Shown here: positions 56,087 to 64,000 of the stretch, piece after piece
How the letters are laid out: every line of letters begins with the position of its first letter
Position numbering within the stretch: position 1 is the stretch's first letter
NCBI GenBank assembly: GCA_964549265.1
Contig: CAZJWE010000002.1
Span: 1,040 to 65,039, forward strand
DNA length: 64,000 bases
Reading direction: 5' to 3'
DNA from: an uncultured Bacteroidales bacterium
Lineage (GTDB): Bacteria > Bacteroidota > Bacteroidia > Bacteroidales > JBBRXJ01
The notes under the pieces: generated by a model
The model's database searches: none
The model's input: only the letters and a program-made list of their open reading frames with translations
Told to the model about the DNA's origin: nothing
Position numbers and translations under genes: made by a program

Positions 56087-57118
56087 TTAAAAGAGCTTAT
56101 AATTATTTTCTTTTGTAATTCCTAAATGCTGATAGGCTAATTCAGTTACTTCTCTTCCTCGTTGAGTGCGTTTGATGAATCCTTCTTTTATTAAAAAAGG
56201 CTCGTATACTTCTTCAATCGTTCCACTATCTTCTCCAACAGCAGTTGCAATGGTGCTTATTCCTACAGGACCGCCTTTAAATTTTGTAATAATAGTATCT
56301 ATAATTTTATTATCCATATCATCCAATCCGTATTCATCAATATTTAAAGCATCCAACCCGTATTTTGTGATCTTAATATCAATATGGCCGTTTCCTTTGA
56401 TTTGTGCAAAATCCCTGATTCGCCGTAATAAAGCATTGGCTATTCGAGGAGTTCCCCTGCTGCGTTTTGCTATTTCTTCTGCTGCCTGATCATTGATTTG
56501 TATATCAAGTATTTTACTGGAACGATTGATGATCTTTTTTAAAATACCGGCATCATAATATTCTAAGTTGGCCTTAATGCCAAATCGTGAGCGTAATGGG
56601 CTGGTTAAAAGACCTGAGCGTGTAGTAGCACCGATCATTGTAAAAGGATTTAATTCAATTTGAATATTTCGTGCATTGGGGCCTTTTTCTATCACAATGT
56701 CTATACATTTATCTTCCATCGCAGAATATAAATATTCTTCAATAACAGAACTTAATCTGTGAATTTCATCTATAAATAAAACATCATATTCTTCCAGATT
56801 TGTAAGAATTCCGGCCAGGTCACCTGGTTTTTCGAGAACAGGGCCTGAAGTTATCTTTATATTTACATTTAATTCATTTGCAATGATATACGCTAATGTT
56901 GTTTTACCAAGGCCGGGCGGGCCATGCAACAAAACGTGATCAAGGGCTTCATTTCTTTGTTTAGCGGCTTTCACAAAAATGTCGAGGTTTTCAATGACTT
57001 TTAGTTGTCCACTGAAGTCATTGAAAAAAATCGGGCGCAACTTTTTCTCATACTCTTCATTTTTAAGCTCACTTTGTTGTTTTATATTGATTTCTTTTTC
57101 TTTCATTAAATAATTCAA
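56087..57118 (-). CDS. ruvB: Holliday junction branch-migration helicase RuvB
   Basis: [41 protein letters not shown]. Confidence 0.97.
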   Translation of the reverse strand: MNYLMKEKEINIKQQSELKNEEYEKKLRPIFFNDFSGQLKVIENLDIFVKAAKQRNEALDHVLLHGPPGLGKTTLAYIIANELNVNIKITSGPVLEKPGDLAGILTNLEEYDVLFIDEIHRLSSVIEEYLYSAMEDKCIDIVIEKGPNARNIQIELNPFTMIGATTRSGLLTSPLRSRFGIKANLEYYDAGILKKIINRSSKILDIQINDQAAEEIAKRSRGTPRIANALLRRIRDFAQIKGNGHIDIKITKYGLDALNIDEYGLDDMDNKIIDTIITKFKGGPVGISTIATAVGEDSGTIEEVYEPFLIKEGFIKRTQRGREVTELAYQHLGITKENNYKLF

Positions 57119-57625
57119 AATTATTTTTCAAAATTAATTTACTTGGATGATAAAGCAACTTGAATCATGACTTTTTTTCAAAATAAATATTAACATATAA
57201 ATATATAATATAATATTAATAATTTAAAATAATGATGTATATGTTATCCTGTTAAAAGTGTTCATAATTTTTGACTACAAAATCCGTGCAATTTTTTAAT
57301 AAGTTATTAAGAATCATATCAACATTTTATTTTATAGTTTTTAGTTATTTACATAAATATTAATACAATGTTAATTTTGTTTTGTTCATAACTTATGCCT
57401 GTAACTTGAAACATGTTTTGTTAATAAATTGTTCAATATTTTGTTGTCATAAATAGTAAAAAAATTTTTTTATTCCGGTAAAATGTTTAATTAATGATCA
57501 AAATGGAATAATAAAACAGAAATTATTAAAAAAAATCATGAGGTTATTAACAACAATTAACAATTGGATATTAATAACATTGATTATTGTTATTTTCTAA
57601 ATATCAATTTATTAGAGAAGAACTT

Positions 57626-58012
57626 TTATTTATTATAATCAATAAAAATAAAAAATTGTACAGCTGCAAATGTTATTCCTGCTAAATTGCCTGCTAAATC
57701 ATACAAGTCGCCATTGCGGGAAAGAAAAATTTGTGATTGAGCTATTTCTATCATGATACCATATAACATACTTATTGAAAAAGCAATAAGGTAGGGTTTA
57801 TAAAAATTGGTTTTATAGTTGAATTTTAATTCATTCAATAAAAGAATGGTGAACACATAAAACATAAATGCATGGAAAATTTTGTCGGCATGCAGGGCTT
57901 TTAGAAAAATCAGATTACCTATATCCCTTGATGAGAAATTAACACTGCATAATAAAAAAATGAATGCAGCACAAATGATTGATTTTTTATATCTGTTGAT
58001 AAATCGGTTCAT
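57626..58012 (-). CDS. VanZ-like membrane protein
   Basis: 128 aa, 4 TM. ADKIFHAFMFYVFTILL ... IEIAQS pattern. Confidence 0.65.
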   Translation of the reverse strand: MNRFINRYKKSIICAAFIFLLCSVNFSSRDIGNLIFLKALHADKIFHAFMFYVFTILLLNELKFNYKTNFYKPYLIAFSISMLYGIMIEIAQSQIFLSRNGDLYDLAGNLAGITFAAVQFFIFIDYNK

Positions 58013-58024
58013 TGAATGTGTTTT

Positions 58025-60502
58025 TTATACCGGATCAATGTCTAATAAGACGATAATTGATTTGTATTTCGGTTTGGTTTGCAAAGTTTTAATGGTATTA
58101 TTGATTTGCTCCTTCGCCACATGAATCGGTTTTAAAATTTCTATTTTAACGTAAATATGAAATAAATAATATGTTTGTACTTTACTAATTAAGGGAGCCT
58201 GAGGGCCAAGAATTCGTTTTTGCCCGAAATAAGAGGACAACAGATGGTTTAATTTGTTGGAGAAATCTCCGGCCAGTTCCTGGTTTTTATGTTTAACAAT
58301 CACCTTGATCAACCGGACATACGGAGGATAATGAAATGTTTCTCTTTCCTGTATTTCGTTTTCATACATTTGTTGATAGTCATTGTTCATCACATATTGA
58401 ATAATGTGATGGTTTGGTTGGGTGGTTTGTATCATAACGTTCCCTTGTTTTTTACTTCTTCCGGCGCGGCCACTTACCTGCGTCATGAGTTGGTAACTTC
58501 GTTCATGAGCTCTGAAATTAGGGAAGTTGAGCATATTATCGGCATTCAGTATCCCGACTGTACTTACATTTTCAAAATTTAATCCTTTGGATATCATCTG
58601 GGTGCCGATAAGTATATCAATAGAGTGGTTTTCAAATTGTTCAATGATTTTTTCATAGCCTCTTTTCGAACGGGTGGTGTCCAGATCCATTCGGGCCACA
58701 CGCGCTTCCGGGAAAAATAATTTGATTTCATCTTCTATTTTCTCCGTCCCAAAGCCCCTGGTAATAAGAGAGCTATCCTGACAAGCAGGACATGTTTGAG
58801 GTATTTTAATCCTATAACCACAGTAATGACAAATGAGTGCATTTTGAAATTTATGATATGTCAGACTTACATCACAATGTTTGCATTTAGGAATCCATCC
58901 ACATACAGAACATTCAAGAAACGGTGCGAAGCCCCTTCTATTTTGAAATAAAATAACCTGTTCGTCTTTGTCTAATGCGTCTTTTATAGAGTTTAACAGG
59001 CCGGGATGAAAATGGGATTTCATTTGTTTTTTTAGCGACGCTTTTTTAATGTCCAGGAGTATGATTTCTGGTAGTTGAATTTGTTTGTAGCGTTCTGTGA
59101 TCGTTGCAATGCCGTATTTTTGATTTTGAGTGTTATAATATGTTTCTATTGAAGGGGTTGCTGTTCCTAATAACACATTGGCTTTATGAAGCCCGGCCAG
59201 GTAAATGGCTGCTTCCCTTGCATTATAACGCGGAGAAGGGTCAAATTGTTTGTATGTATTTTCATGTTCTTCGTCTACAATGATTAGTCCGAGATCGGAA
59301 AAAGGGAGAAACACAGAAGAGCGAACGCCCAATATAATTTTATAGGAGTGCTGATCCTGGGTTAATAATTTTCTCCAAACATCAGCGCGTTCTGATTCTC
59401 CGAATTTTGAATGATAAATGCCCACTTGTTCACCAAAGTGTACCTTAAGGCGCTGAATAATTTGTGTAGTCAGTGCAATTTCAGGAAGCATATAAAGCAC
59501 TTGTTTTCCGAGTTTTAATTGTTCTTCAATGAGATGTATGTAAACCTCGGTCTTACCACTCGAAGTGATTCCATGTAATAAAACAACATGTTTAGATGAA
59601 AATTGAGATTTTATGCTGTTGAATGCGTCTTGTTGTGCATTAGAAAGCGGACTTATAGGTGATGTTTGAGAGGGAGACGAAAAAAATTTGTTCGATTCAA
59701 TATAGTGTATTATAAGTATTTGTTTGTCAATGAGCGCTTTTAGTGTTCCTGGAGAAGTATTTACATGATTTAGTAAGTCTGATTTTTTTATGAACGCATC
59801 GTCAGGATTTTGAAAATACCCTGATAATTGCAAAAATGCCATCATCAATTCCGATTGTTTGGGTGCTTTTTCCAGTGCTTTGATTATATCGTTAACATGC
59901 TCTTTGGTTTGATATGATTCATGCAACCTGATAACAGCTTCTTTTTTGGGAACAAATTTGTCTTTTAATGATTCTTCGGCATAAATGTATTGTTTATCAA
60001 TTAATGATTTAATGGATTGTAATGTATTTTTCTTTTGGGTTGATGACATTAATTTTTGAACATTCATCCCTGGATTGTCAGCCAGCATTTCAAGGATTAA
60101 TTGTTCATGCTGTGTAACAGGAGTGTCCTCGTCTTCTTTACCGGTATAAAAGAGTTTTGTTTCACTTTCAATGCGTAGTCCTGAAGGCAGAGCCGCTTTT
60201 AATACTTCGCCTGTAGAACACATGTAATAACTTGATAGCCATTCCCAAAATTTAAAATGCATGTCATTGATAATCGGTTGTTGATCAAGGACTGAAATGA
60301 TTTCTTTTACATCATAATGCTGTGGCGGTGTGTTAATAATTTCACGGATGATGCAGCTGTAGTATTTTGTTTTACCAAACTGAACAATAGCCCGTTTTCC
60401 CGGAGAAGCTTCTTTGATCAACTGTTTTGGGACAGCATATGTAAAGCTTTTGTGTAATGGAAGCGGAAGTATTACATTTGCATAACATGGTGTATCTTGC
60501 AT
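58025..60502 (-). CDS. priA: primosomal protein N' (replication restart helicase PriA)
   Basis: LLHGITSSGKTEVY (Walker A), IIVDEEHE, Cys-rich zinc region CSVCGWIPKCKHCDVSLTYH...CHYCGY...CPAC. Confidence 0.95.
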   Translation of the reverse strand: MQDTPCYANVILPLPLHKSFTYAVPKQLIKEASPGKRAIVQFGKTKYYSCIIREIINTPPQHYDVKEIISVLDQQPIINDMHFKFWEWLSSYYMCSTGEVLKAALPSGLRIESETKLFYTGKEDEDTPVTQHEQLILEMLADNPGMNVQKLMSSTQKKNTLQSIKSLIDKQYIYAEESLKDKFVPKKEAVIRLHESYQTKEHVNDIIKALEKAPKQSELMMAFLQLSGYFQNPDDAFIKKSDLLNHVNTSPGTLKALIDKQILIIHYIESNKFFSSPSQTSPISPLSNAQQDAFNSIKSQFSSKHVVLLHGITSSGKTEVYIHLIEEQLKLGKQVLYMLPEIALTTQIIQRLKVHFGEQVGIYHSKFGESERADVWRKLLTQDQHSYKIILGVRSSVFLPFSDLGLIIVDEEHENTYKQFDPSPRYNAREAAIYLAGLHKANVLLGTATPSIETYYNTQNQKYGIATITERYKQIQLPEIILLDIKKASLKKQMKSHFHPGLLNSIKDALDKDEQVILFQNRRGFAPFLECSVCGWIPKCKHCDVSLTYHKFQNALICHYCGYRIKIPQTCPACQDSSLITRGFGTEKIEDEIKLFFPEARVARMDLDTTRSKRGYEKIIEQFENHSIDILIGTQMISKGLNFENVSTVGILNADNMLNFPNFRAHERSYQLMTQVSGRAGRSKKQGNVMIQTTQPNHHIIQYVMNNDYQQMYENEIQERETFHYPPYVRLIKVIVKHKNQELAGDFSNKLNHLLSSYFGQKRILGPQAPLISKVQTYYLFHIYVKIEILKPIHVAKEQINNTIKTLQTKPKYKSIIVLLDIDPV

Positions 60503-60627
60503 CTGTTTGGTTTAATTGTCGTGGTTTAAGGGAAAGGAATTAATGATGCAACACACATTTTTTTAATTCATTTTTATGTGTGCACAAAATGAGTGATTTT
60601 TTCCTGTCCGGTTTTAAAAAGATTCGA

Positions 60628-61602
60628 TTAAATTAACATATGTGCCAATTCATAAAGTTCCTGGTTGACTGATTTATGCATTTTAACACTTTGGCTGAAA
60701 TGCATTTCATTGATTTGGTTATTGACCAGTCCGATCATAATAGAGCTTTTGTTTTGCTTTAATGCGTCAACAGCAGCAAGGCCCATTCTACTGGCAGTTA
60801 CCCTGTCCATGCACGAAGGCGCCCCTCCTCGTTGAATATGGCCTAATATTGATGTACGGACATCAAGCGATGGAAATTGATTTTTTACTTTATTTGCCAG
60901 GTCAATGGCATGGCCTTCTTCATCGCCTTCTGCCACCATAAAAATGCTTGATTGCCGGGAGCCGGCATTTTCTCTTAAAAACAAAAGTATTTTTTCATGT
61001 TGGTGTTCTATTTCCGGGATTAAGATGCCTTCACAACCGCAGGCAATTCCGCTGCGCAGGGCTACAAACCCGGCTTCTTTGCCCATGACTTCGATGAAAA
61101 ATACGCGGTCGTGAGAACTTGCTGTGTCCCTGATGTTATCAACAGCATTCACAACTGTATTGAGTGCTGTGTCATACCCAATGGTATAATCGGTACCATA
61201 AATATCATTATCAATGGTCCCGGGAATCCCAATAAAAGGGATATTAAATTCTTCCGACATGGCATTGGCTCCTTTAAAACTACCATCTCCACCTATCACA
61301 ATTACACCATCAATTTTTTTGTCTTGTAATTGTTTAGCAGCCTGATTCCGGCCTTCTTTGTGCCTGAATTCTTCGCAACGGGCTGTTTTAATGATGGTTC
61401 CACCCCGTTGAATAATACCGCTTACATCCCTGGTATCAAGTTTTTGTATATCTCCATTGATCATTCCTTTATATCCCTGGAGAACCCCATAAGTTTCTAT
61501 TCCATGATGATGTGCTGAACGGACAACAGCCCTGATTGCTGCATTCATGCCCGGGGCATCGCCGCCGGATGTCAGTACACCGATTCGTTTAATATCAACC
61601 AT
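60628..61602 (-). CDS. pfkA: ATP-dependent 6-phosphofructokinase
   Basis: RIGVLTSGGDAPGMNAAIRAVVR, VIGGDGSF, GIPGTIDNDI, LGHIQRGG. Confidence 0.95.
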   Translation of the reverse strand: MVDIKRIGVLTSGGDAPGMNAAIRAVVRSAHHHGIETYGVLQGYKGMINGDIQKLDTRDVSGIIQRGGTIIKTARCEEFRHKEGRNQAAKQLQDKKIDGVIVIGGDGSFKGANAMSEEFNIPFIGIPGTIDNDIYGTDYTIGYDTALNTVVNAVDNIRDTASSHDRVFFIEVMGKEAGFVALRSGIACGCEGILIPEIEHQHEKILLFLRENAGSRQSSIFMVAEGDEEGHAIDLANKVKNQFPSLDVRTSILGHIQRGGAPSCMDRVTASRMGLAAVDALKQNKSSIMIGLVNNQINEMHFSQSVKMHKSVNQELYELAHMLI

Positions 61603-61692
61603 GATTAATCAGTTATTTAAATCGTGTAAAAATTTTTATAAAATTAGCCAATTGACAATGAATAATCAAAAATATGGAGATAATTTTATGTT

Positions 61693-62400
61693 TTAATTCC
61701 CGAACCGTTTACGAATAATCGCCATAACCTTTTCCAGTTGTTCTTCACGGGTAATGCCGGAGTTATCTATTGTCACAGCATCTTCGGGTTTTATTAACGG
61801 ACTTTCCGTTCGGGTGCTGTCAATATGATCTCTGGTTATGAGGTTTTCTTTTACCTCGTTGAAGTCAGCCTTGATACCTTTAATTTGTAATTCGTCGAAA
61901 CGGCGCTGTGCTCTTGTTTCAATATCTGCAGTTAAAAATATTTTCAGGTCAGCATTCGGGAAAACTACAGACCCGATGTCTCTTCCATCCATCACAATGT
62001 GTTTGTTTTTTCCCATCTCACGTTGTAATTCAACCAGCTTGGTTCTGACAGTTTTGATTTTGCTTACAGGGCTTACATGGTTGTTGACTTCCATACTACG
62101 GATTTCTTGTTCAACATTTTCGTTGTTCAATATGGTTTCAGATGATTCGGTCTTTGTGTTATAATGAAATTTAATGGATATTGAATTGAGCAGTGCATTG
62201 AGTTTTTGCTGATCAATCGTGTTGTCAATGATGGCATGATGTCGAATTAGATAGAGTGTTACAGCACGGTACATGGCACCACTGTCAATATAAATATATC
62301 CCATCGCTTTGGCAATGTCTTTTGCAAGGGTGCTTTTGCCGCATGAAGAATGCCCGTCAACTGTAATAATTAAATGTTTCTTTAGTTTCAACTGCTTCAT
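61693..62400 (-). CDS. cmk: (d)CMP kinase
   Basis: IITVDGHSSCGKSTLAKDIA ... YIDSGAMYRAVT ... GRDIGSVVFPNA. Confidence 0.93.
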   Translation of the reverse strand: MKQLKLKKHLIITVDGHSSCGKSTLAKDIAKAMGYIYIDSGAMYRAVTLYLIRHHAIIDNTIDQQKLNALLNSISIKFHYNTKTESSETILNNENVEQEIRSMEVNNHVSPVSKIKTVRTKLVELQREMGKNKHIVMDGRDIGSVVFPNADLKIFLTADIETRAQRRFDELQIKGIKADFNEVKENLITRDHIDSTRTESPLIKPEDAVTIDNSGITREEQLEKVMAIIRKRFGN

Positions 62401-62452
62401 CTTTTGTTAAAATACATTAAACCTGATGATAAAGATAGGTAAATTCGGGCGA

Positions 62453-63544
62453 TTAATTATTTGAAGATTTATAAAAATCGGTAAGATTCATATTAATTGA
62501 AATATGATTGGACGGGCCGGCAAGATGATATTTAGCTCTTCCATAGTTGATAAAGATTTTAGATATCCGGAGACCGAACCCCCAGGAAAAACCAACCGTA
62601 CTCATTTTTGAAGATACACCCAATTCTTGTCTGCGCTTATAATTATAGCCAAATCGTAAATAAACATTATTTTCAATAATGGGCATTTCCACTCCAATGA
62701 TCATGTGTCTTAAAAAATGATCTGCAAAATCGCCTAAAGAAGAAGTTATTTGATCAATTTTTCGTTCTGTTGTATCATGTTGTTCACTCAGGGTTGTTTG
62801 TATTTCAGACGTTTTTTCTTCTTTTTCATACGTGAGGTCCAGTGTTTGGAGTTGATGTCCTGTAAAGCATATCCTGAATGGTGCATGCCGCAGTTTAATA
62901 GACCCTCCCAACAATATTTCAAAAGGAAGTGGTTCAAAAACTTTCCTGTTATATGTTTTTAATTGAGATCCGATATTTCGTATGACCAGTGCGGCAGTGA
63001 ATAATTTTTCTTTGCTTTGGTAAGTTATGCCCAGATCTGTAGCAAAACCATACGAAGAATATTTTTCAAGAAATGACATAACCGGTTTGAAATTTACTCC
63101 AATGGAAAAAGAGCTGTCGAGGAGTTGGCGTGACCAAAACATGTTTATTGCATATTCCCCTGCTTTAAATGTTCCCGTAATTTCCCCGGTTTCATCAGCA
63201 GCAATGAATTCTCCATAATTGACAAAATGGATGCCTGCAGCTACATTACCAATGCCTTTGAATGTACGTGCATATGATGTATAGCCAAAGTTAATTCCAG
63301 CAAAATAGTTGATATAATTTAACGAAAGATGGTTGTGCATTGAAGCATTCAGTAATGAAGGATTGTAATATGGCAATGTAACATCGGAATCTTTAATAGC
63401 AATGAGCTTTCCACCTAATGAAGCAACTCGGGGGGAGTTGGTAAGACTTAAGAATTGGTATGTATGAGTGCCCCCGTTGGTAGCACAAATTTTTTGACTC
63501 GTTAGCCCTAACAAAAAGAGAATTAAGATTGCAAAATATTTCAT
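62453..63544 (-). CDS. porQ: PorQ-like T9SS outer-membrane protein
   Basis: Signal peptide. GGTHTYQFLSLTNSPRVASLGG near the N-terminus and a beta-barrel-like body. Sits next to cmk, as I recall for porQ in other Bacteroidota. Not verified. Confidence 0.55.
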   Translation of the reverse strand: MKYFAILILFLLGLTSQKICATNGGTHTYQFLSLTNSPRVASLGGKLIAIKDSDVTLPYYNPSLLNASMHNHLSLNYINYFAGINFGYTSYARTFKGIGNVAAGIHFVNYGEFIAADETGEITGTFKAGEYAINMFWSRQLLDSSFSIGVNFKPVMSFLEKYSSYGFATDLGITYQSKEKLFTAALVIRNIGSQLKTYNRKVFEPLPFEILLGGSIKLRHAPFRICFTGHQLQTLDLTYEKEEKTSEIQTTLSEQHDTTERKIDQITSSLGDFADHFLRHMIIGVEMPIIENNVYLRFGYNYKRRQELGVSSKMSTVGFSWGFGLRISKIFINYGRAKYHLAGPSNHISINMNLTDFYKSSNN

Positions 63545-63598
63545 AAAAGTTTAAATTGGCATGTAATTTACAAAACGGAAGGATCATAAAATTAGTGT

Positions 63599-64000
63599 AT
63601 GGCCAAAATTAAATTATTACTTACCGGTGCTACCAGCCAGGATTTTATAAAGCAGGGGATGAAAGAATACACCCAAAGGATGAGCCGGTATGTGAATTTA
63701 GAGATCAATGAGGTACTCTTGCCCAAAAAAAACCGGCGGTTATCCGGAAGTGCAATGAAAGAACCGGAAGCCCGGTCTGTTTTAAAATATATTGACGAAA
63801 AAGATATGGTGATTTTATTGGATGAAAAAGGAAAACAATACCGGTCTGTTGAATTTGCAGAATATATAAAAAAATGTATGTTGCAATCAATGAAAAGCAT
63901 AGCGTTTATCATTGGCGGAGCGTATGGCTTTAGTGAGGCATTATATGACAGGGCCAATGGGATAATATCTTTTTCTGATATGACGTTTTCTCATCAAATC
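63599..64000 (+). CDS. rlmH: 23S rRNA (pseudouridine1915-N3)-methyltransferase RlmH, 3' end cut by window edge
   Basis: Absent from the ORF track because there is no stop in the window. Reads MAKIKLLLTGATSQDFIKQGMKEYTQRMSRYVNLEI...VILLDEKGKQYRSVEFAEYI...IAFIIGGAYGFSEALYDRANGIISFSDMTFSHQI. The minus-strand ORFs listed here are antisense artefacts. Confidence 0.85.
   Translation, partial: MAKIKLLLTGATSQDFIKQGMKEYTQRMSRYVNLEINEVLLPKKNRRLSGSAMKEPEARSVLKYIDEKDMVILLDEKGKQYRSVEFAEYIKKCMLQSMKSIAFIIGGAYGFSEALYDRANGIISFSDMTFSHQI

Noticed and set aside
57119-57625. Replication origin (oriC) in the AT-rich gap
   Set aside because: No TTATCCACA-type DnaA boxes were seen (best is ttatcctgt with two mismatches). 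No dnaA or dnaN is nearby, and AT-richness alone is insufficient.
63592-63957. Minus-strand ORFs of 121 and 61 aa at the right edge
   Set aside because: The plus strand here encodes a clear RlmH homologue running off the window, so the minus ORFs are antisense artefacts.

Overview
AT-rich Bacteroidota-type chromosomal fragment; all family calls come from reading the translations and DNA by eye, with no searches run. The phylum call rests on many T9SS sorting domains, a PorQ-like gene, an AraC-type hybrid two-component sensor, TAnnTTTG promoter boxes and near absence of Shine-Dalgarno sites. Layout: (i) 1-12.3 kb holds regulators and secreted or outer-membrane proteins. (ii) 12.3-24.9 kb is an accessory, decaying island and the most unusual part. 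(iii) 24.9-33.1 kb holds T9SS cargo, outer-membrane proteins and cell-wall hydrolases. (iv) 33.2-64 kb is conserved housekeeping: hsp20, ctp, polA, queD, ispB-like, uvrC, mnmG, ybeY, dut, pheS, ruvB, priA, pfkA, cmk, porQ-like, rlmH. In the island, a 298-301 aa gene with a clear PD-(D/E)xK nuclease signature occurs twice as ~1.02-kb near-identical direct repeats 8.9 kb apart. Each copy is followed within a few nt of its stop by a GC-rich ~58-nt hairpin element. That hairpin family has four same-orientation copies in 10 kb, and two are paired with an inverted partner as ~200-bp REPIN/MITE-like doublets with a conserved loop and covarying stems. The repeats bracket a degenerate HipBA module, a DUF559 remnant and a 1992-aa alpha-2-macroglobulin-family protein carrying an embedded CarboxypepD_reg plus TonB-plug module and a CNEQ thioester motif. 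My leading candidate for something undescribed is a nuclease-plus-hairpin selfish module, analogous in logic to RAYT/REPIN but with a different enzyme; this is inference only. Other observations: three more intergenic repeat families, one nested in another; two 32-bp perfect palindromes bracketing uvrC; canonical AGGAGG sites on only four genes; decayed TA and XRE genes. No rRNA, tRNA, CRISPR array, integrase or reverse transcriptase was recognised.
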